Shown one piece after another: positions 57,503-64,000 of a stretch of 64,000 bases of DNA. The notes below the pieces were generated by a model. The model was not told the origin of the DNA. It saw nothing but the letters and a program-made list of their open reading frames with translations, and made no database searches. Source of the DNA: Chrysomallon squamiferum (taxonomy: Eukaryota > Animalia > Mollusca); the NCBI GenBank assembly GCA_012295275.1, contig CM022669.1, forward strand, positions 4,340,001 to 4,404,000, read 5' to 3'. How positions within the stretch are numbered: the first letter of the stretch is position 1; the number at the start of each line of letters is the position of its first letter. Made by a program: the position numbers and the translations under genes.

Positions 57503-58095
57503 CACACTCACACAGAATCACACACACAAAATCATACGCAGAGAAAAACCTCTGGTACTTAATGCATATACAATTCTAAAAGAAATAAAATTCAATTAAT
57601 TAAAAATTGGCAGAGAATTTAAAAACAAATAAAGTTCAGAATATTAACAAAATACAAAAAGAAATAATAAATTCTGATATTAAAAAGTCGAATCTCTCAA
57701 ATGACAGATTAAAATATTTTATTTACTGATTTTTTTATTATAACAGAAATAAGCAAAGTACACAGGATAAAACAAAAGAAAAAAGAAACAAATAAAGAAC
57801 CACGTTGAATTATTAAAACGATAGAAGCTCGGCGTCTTCGCAGGTTCCATTTTTCGGATAATTACCGTACGTAAGCTTAGTGAATACATCTCACGTAAGG
57901 GACATAACTCTAATCTATGTCTGTGAACACATCTCACTAAAGGGAGATAACTGTAATCGATATAATTTTTACTTTGCTTAGTGAGTACATCTCACGTAAG
58001 GGACCTAACTCTAATGTGTTTGTGAGCACATATCACTCAAACGAGATAATTCTAATTGATCTGATTTTTCTCTTTCCTTAGTATACACAGACACA

Positions 58096-58140
<45 letters not shown>

Positions 58141-58728
58141 AGAATCACACACACAGAATCATACGCAGAGAAAAACCTCTGGTACTTAATGCATATACAA
58201 TTCTAAAAGAAATAAAATTCAATTAATTAAAAATTGGCAGAGAATTTAAAAACAAATAAAGTTCAGAATATTAACAAAATACAAAAAGAAATAATAAATT
58301 CTGATATTAAAAAGTCGAATCTCTCAAATGACAGATTAAAATATTTTATTTACTGATTTTTTTTTTATTATAACAGAAATAAGCAAAGTACACAGGATAA
58401 AACAAAAGAAAAAAGAAACAAATAAAGAACCACGTTGAATTATTAAAACGATAGAAGCTCGGCGTCTTCGCAGGTTCCATTTTTCGGATAATTACCGTAC
58501 GTAAGCTTAGTGAATACATCTCACGTAAGGGACATAACTCTAATCTATGTCTGTGAACACATCTCACTAAAGGGAGATAACTGTAATCGATATAATTTTT
58601 ACTTTGCTTAGTGAGTACATCTCACGTAAGGGACCTAACTCTAATGTGTTTGTGAGCACATATCACTAAAACGAGATAGATAATTCTAATTGATTGATTT
58701 TTTTTTCTCTTTCCTTAGTACAGACACA

Positions 58729-58789
<61 letters not shown>

Positions 58790-59382
58790 ACACACACAGA
58801 ATCATACGCAGAGAAAAACCTCTGGTACTTAATGCATATACAATTCTAAAAGAAATAAAATTCAATTAATTAAAAATTGGCAGAGAATTTAAAAACAAAT
58901 AAAGTTCAGAATATTAACAAAATACAAAAAGAAATAATAAATTCTGATATTAAAAAGTCGAATCTCTCAAATGACAGATTAAAATATTTTATTTATTTTT
59001 TTTTTTTTATTATAACAGAAATAAGCAAAGTACACAGGATAAAACAAAAGAAAAAAGAAACAAATAAAGAACCACGTTGAATTATTAAAACGATAGAAGC
59101 TCGGCGTCTTCGCAGGTTCCATTTTTCGGATAATTACCGTACGTAAGCTTAGTGAATACATCTCACGTAAGGGACATAACTCTAATCTATGTCTGTGAAC
59201 ACATCTCACTAAAGGGAGATAACTGTAATCGATATAATTTTTACTTTGCTTAGTGAGTACATCTCACGTAAGGGACCTAACTCTAATGTGTTTGTGAGCA
59301 CATATCACTCAAACGAGATAATTCTAATTGATCTGATTTTTCTCTTTCCTTAGTATACACAGACACAGACACACACACATAG

Positions 59383-59418
<36 letters not shown>

Positions 59419-60003
59419 TCACACACACAGAATCATACGCAGAGAAAAACCTCTGGTACTTAATGCATATACAATTCTAAAAGAAATAAAATTCAATTAA
59501 TTAAAAATTGGCAGAGAATTTAAAAACAAATAAAGTTCAGAATATTAACAAAATACAAAAAGAAATAATAAATTCTGATATTAAAAAGTCGAATCTCTCA
59601 AATGACAGATTAAAATATTTTATTTACTGTTTTTTTTTTTATTATAACAGAAATAAGCAAAGTACACAGGATAAAAAAAAAAAAAAAAAAAAGAAACAAA
59701 TAAAGAACCACGTTGAATTATTAAAACGATAGAAGCTCGGCGTCTTCGCAGGTTCCATTTTTCGGATAATTACCGTACGTAAGCTTAGTGAATACATCTC
59801 ACGTAAGGGACATAACTCTAATCTATGTCTGTGAACACATCTCACTAAAGGGAGATAACTGTAATCGATATAATTTTTACTTTGCTTAGTGAGTACATCT
59901 CACGTAAGGGACCTAACTCTAATGTGTTTGTGAGCACATATCACTCAAACGAGATAATTCTAATTGATCTGATTTTTCTCTTTCCTTAGTATACACAGAC
60001 ACA

Positions 60004-60054
<51 letters not shown>

Positions 60055-61291
60055 AGAATCACACACACAGAATCATACGCAGAGAAAAACCTCTGGTACT
60101 TAATGCATATACAATTCTAAAAGAAATAAAATTCAATTAATTAAAAATTGGCAGAGAATTTAAAAACAAAGAAACTTCAGAATATTAACAAAATAGAAAA
60201 AGAAATAATAAATTCTGCTATTAAAAAGTCGAATCTCTCAAATGACAGATTAAAATATTTTATTTACTGATTTTTTTATTATAACAGAAATAAGCAAAGT
60301 ACACAGGATAAAACAAAAGAAAAAAGAAACAAATAAAGAACCACGTTGAATTATTAAAACGATAGAAGCTCGGCGTCTTCGCAGGTTCCATTTTTCGGAT
60401 AATTACCGTACGTAAGCTTAGTGAATACATCTCACGTAAGGGACATAACTCTAATCTATGTCTGTGAACACATCTCACTAAAGGGAGATAACTGTAATCG
60501 ATATAATTTTTACTTTGCTTAGTGAGTACATCTCACGTAAGGGACCTAACTCTAATGTGTTTGTGAGCACATATCACTCAAACGAGATAATTCTAATTGA
60601 TCTGATTTTTCTCTTTCCTTAGTATACACAGACACAGACACAGACACACAGAAACACAGACACACACACACACACACACACACACAGAATCACACACACA
60701 GAATCACACACAGAGAAAAACCTCTGGTACTTAATGCATATACAATTCTAAAAAAGAAATAAAATTCAATTAATTAAAAATTGGCAGAGAATTTAAAAAC
60801 AAATAAAGTTCAGAATATTAACAAAATACAAAAAGAAATAATAAATTCTGATATTAAAAAGCCGAATCTCTCAAATGACACATTAAAATATTTTATTTAC
60901 TGATTTTTTTTTTTATTATAACAGAAATAAGCAAAGTACACAGGATAAAACAAAAGAAAAAAGAAACAAATAAAGAACCACGTTGAATTATTAAAACGAT
61001 AGAAGCTCGGCGTCTTCGCAGGTTCCATTTTTCGGATAATTACCGTACGTAAGCTTAGTGAATACATCTCACGTAAGGGACATAACTCTAATCTATGTCT
61101 GTGAACACATCTCACTAAAGGGAGATAACTGTAATCGATATATTTTTTTACTTTGCTTAGTGAGTACATCTCACGTAAGGGACCTAACTCTAATGTGTTT
61201 GTGAGCACATATCACTCAAACGAGATAATTCTAATTGATCTGATTTTTCTCTTTCCTTAGTATACACAGACACAGAAACAGACACACAGAA

Positions 61292-61326
<35 letters not shown>

Positions 61327-63560
61327 CACACTCACACAGAATCACACACACAGAATCATACGCAGAGAAAAACCTCTGGTACTTAATGCATATACAATTC
61401 TAAAAGAAATAAAATTCAATTAATTAAAAATTGGCAGAGAATTTAAAAACAAATAAAGTTCAGAATATTAACAAAATACAAAAAGAAATAATAAATTCTG
61501 ATATTAAAAAGTCGAATCTCTCAAATGACAGATTAAAATATTTTATTTACTGATTTTTTTATTATAACAGAAATAAGCAAAGTACACAGGATAAAACAAA
61601 AGAAAAAAGAAACAAATAAAGAACCACGTTGAATTATTAAAACGATAGAAGCTCGGCGTCTTCGCAGGTTCCATTTTTCGGATAATTACCGTACGTAAGC
61701 TTAGTGAATACATCTCACGTAAGGGACATAACTCTAATCTATGTCTGTGAACACATCTCACTAAAGGGAGATAACTGTAATCGATATAATTTTTACTTTG
61801 CTTAGTGAGTACATCTCACGTAAGGGACCTAACTCTAATGTGTTTGTGAGCACATATCACTAAAACGAGATAATTCTAATTGATCTGATTTTTCTCTTTC
61901 CTTAGTATACACAGACACAGACACACACACATAGAAACACACACACACACTCACACAGAATCACACACACAGAATCATACGCAGAGAAAAACCTCTGGTA
62001 CTTAATGCATATACAATTCTAAAAGAAATAAAATTCAATTAATTAAAAATTGGCAGAGAATTTAAAAACAAATAAAGTTCAGAATATTAACAAAATACAA
62101 AAAGAAATAATAAATTCTGATATTAAAAAGTCGAATCTCTCAAATGACAGATTAAAATATTTTATTTACTGATTTTTTTTTTTTTATTATAACAGAAATA
62201 AGCAAAGTACACAGGATAAAACAAAAGAAAAAAGAAACAAATAAAGAACCACGTTGAATTATTAAAACGATAGAAGCTCGGCGTCTTCGCAGGTTCCATT
62301 TTTCGGATAATTACCGTACGTAAGCTTAGTGAATACATCTCACGTAAGGGACATAACTCTAATCTATGTCTGTGAACACATCTCACTAAAGGGAGATAAC
62401 TGTAATCGATATAATTTTTACTTTGCTTAGTGAGTACATCTCACGTAAGGGACCTAACTCTAATGTGTTTGTGAGCACATATCACTAAAACGAGATAATT
62501 CTAATTGATCTGATTTTTCTCTTTCCTTAGTATACACAGACACAGACACACACACACAGACACACACACACACACACACACACAGAATCACACACACAGA
62601 ATCATACGCAGAGAAAAACCTCTGGTACTTAATGCATATACAATTCTAAAAGAAATAAAATTCAATTAATTAAAAATTGGCAGAGAATTTAAAAACAAAT
62701 AAAGTTCAGAATATTAACAAAATACAAAAAGAAATAATAAATTCTGATATTAAAAAGTCGAATCTCTCAAATGACAGATTAAAATATTTTATTTACTGAT
62801 TTTTTTTTTTATTATAACAGAAATAAGCAAAGTACACAGGATAAAACAAAAGAAAAAAGAAACAAATAAAGAACCACGTTGAATTATTAAAACGATAGAA
62901 GCTCGGCGTCTTCGCAGGTTCCATTTTTCGGATAATTACCGTACGTAAGCTTAGTGAATACATCTCACGTAAGGGACATAACTCTAATCTATGTCTGTGA
63001 ACACATCTCACTAAAGGGAGATAACTGTAATCGATATAATTTTTACTTTGCTTAGTGAGTACATCTCACGTAAGGGACCTAACTCTAATGTGTTTGTGAG
63101 CACATATCACTCAAACGAGATAATTCTAATTGATCTGATTTTTCTCTTTCCTTAGTATACACAGACACAGACACACACACACAGAAACACACACACACAC
63201 ACACACAGAATCACACACACAGAATCATACGCAGAGAAAAACCTCTGGTACTTAATGCATATACAATTCTAAAAGAAATAAAATTCAATTAATTAAAAAT
63301 TGGCAGAGAATTTAAAAACAAATAAAGTTCAGAATATTAACAAAATACAAAAAGAAATAATAAATTCTGATATTAAAAAGTCGAATCTCTCAAATGACAG
63401 ATTAAAATATTTTATTTACTGATTTTTTTTTTTATTATAACAGAAATAAGCAAAGTACACAGGATAAAACAAAAGAAAAAAGAAACAAATAAAGAACCAC
63501 GTTGAATTATTAAAACGATAGAAGTTCGGCGTCTTCGCAGGTTCCATTTTTCGGATAATT
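53281..63560 (+). repeat. Tandem satellite array, ~16 units of ~619-645 bp, Helitron/HINE-like unit
   Basis: A near-identical unit recurs (the spurious MRCVHRHR ORF starts at 54797, 55416, 56035, 57294, 57937, 58567, 59209, 59845, 60478, 61761, 62386, 63011). The unit has internal CATCTCAC..AAGGGACATAACTC subrepeats, a variable (CA)n/(GACA)n tract, a HindIII site in every unit except the first, and an A-rich spacer. Confidence 0.95.
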
Positions 63561-64000
63561 CTGTGTTTCTGTTTTTCGGTGTTTCTGTGTGTGTGTGTCT
63601 GTGTCTGTGTATACTAAGGAAAGAGAAAAATCAGATCAATTAGAATTATCTCGTTTTAGTGATATGTGCTCACAAACACATTAGAGTTAGGTCCCTTACG
63701 TGAGATGTACTCACTAAGCAAAGTAAAAATTATATCGATTACAGTTATCTCCCTTTAGTGAGATGTGTTCACAGACATAGATTAGAGTTATGTCCCTTAC
63801 GTGAGATGTATTCACTAAGCTTACGTACGGTAATTATCCGAAAAATGGAACCTGCGAAGACGCCGAGCTTCTATCGTTTTAATAATTCAACGTGGTTCTT
63901 TATTTGTTTCTTTTTTCTTTTGTTTTATCCTGTATACTTTGCTTATTTCTGTTATAATAAAAAAATCAGTAAATAAAATATTTTAATGTGTCATTTGAGA
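63561..64000 (-). repeat. Same satellite unit in inverted orientation
   Basis: After ...TTTTCGGATAATT the sequence switches to (TG)n-ATACTAAGGAAAGAG..., the reverse complement of the unit. The MRCVHRHR ORF now lies on + at 63758. Confidence 0.9.

Noticed and set aside
53272-63976. Repeated 67-103 aa ORF MRCVHRHRLELCPLREMYSL... as a tandem gene family
   Set aside because: It starts at a non-ATG codon, its end shifts with homopolymer length, and it has no recognisable domain. It is a by-product of the satellite unit.

Overview
AT-rich, microsatellite-laden eukaryotic DNA. It is an invertebrate, probably a mollusc or other lophotrochozoan (inferred from the protein family and repeat style, not proven). 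Positions 1-53.3 kb hold a recently expanded cluster of at least eight paralogs (A-H) of one spliced gene with 8 coding exons. A-E run in tandem on the minus strand; F-H run on the plus strand as a ~10 kb inverted duplicate of the E-D-C segment. Splicing by eye gives a 750-850 aa protein with this order: N-terminal MGCG[AG]SK dual-acylation motif, variable acidic 7-aa repeat spacer, hillarin/KY-type transglutaminase-like domain lacking the Cys-His-Asp triad, two KY/hillarin-type Ig-like repeats, two helical repeats, and a C-terminal region resembling the dynein heavy-chain microtubule-binding domain. B and C look intact and A is intact but runs off the window. E is intact only if an upstream acceptor exonises a hydrophobic intronic insert. 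D, F, G and H are pseudogenes or fragments. Upstream of A-E, G and H (not F) lies an ancestral hAT-type MITE with an 8-bp TSD. From 53.3 kb to the end is a ~16-copy tandem array of a ~620-645 bp Helitron/HINE-like unit, which truncates copy H and switches orientation at ~63.56 kb. No rRNA, tRNA or CRISPR array was seen. All coordinates were derived by hand and domain calls are by motif recognition, not database search.
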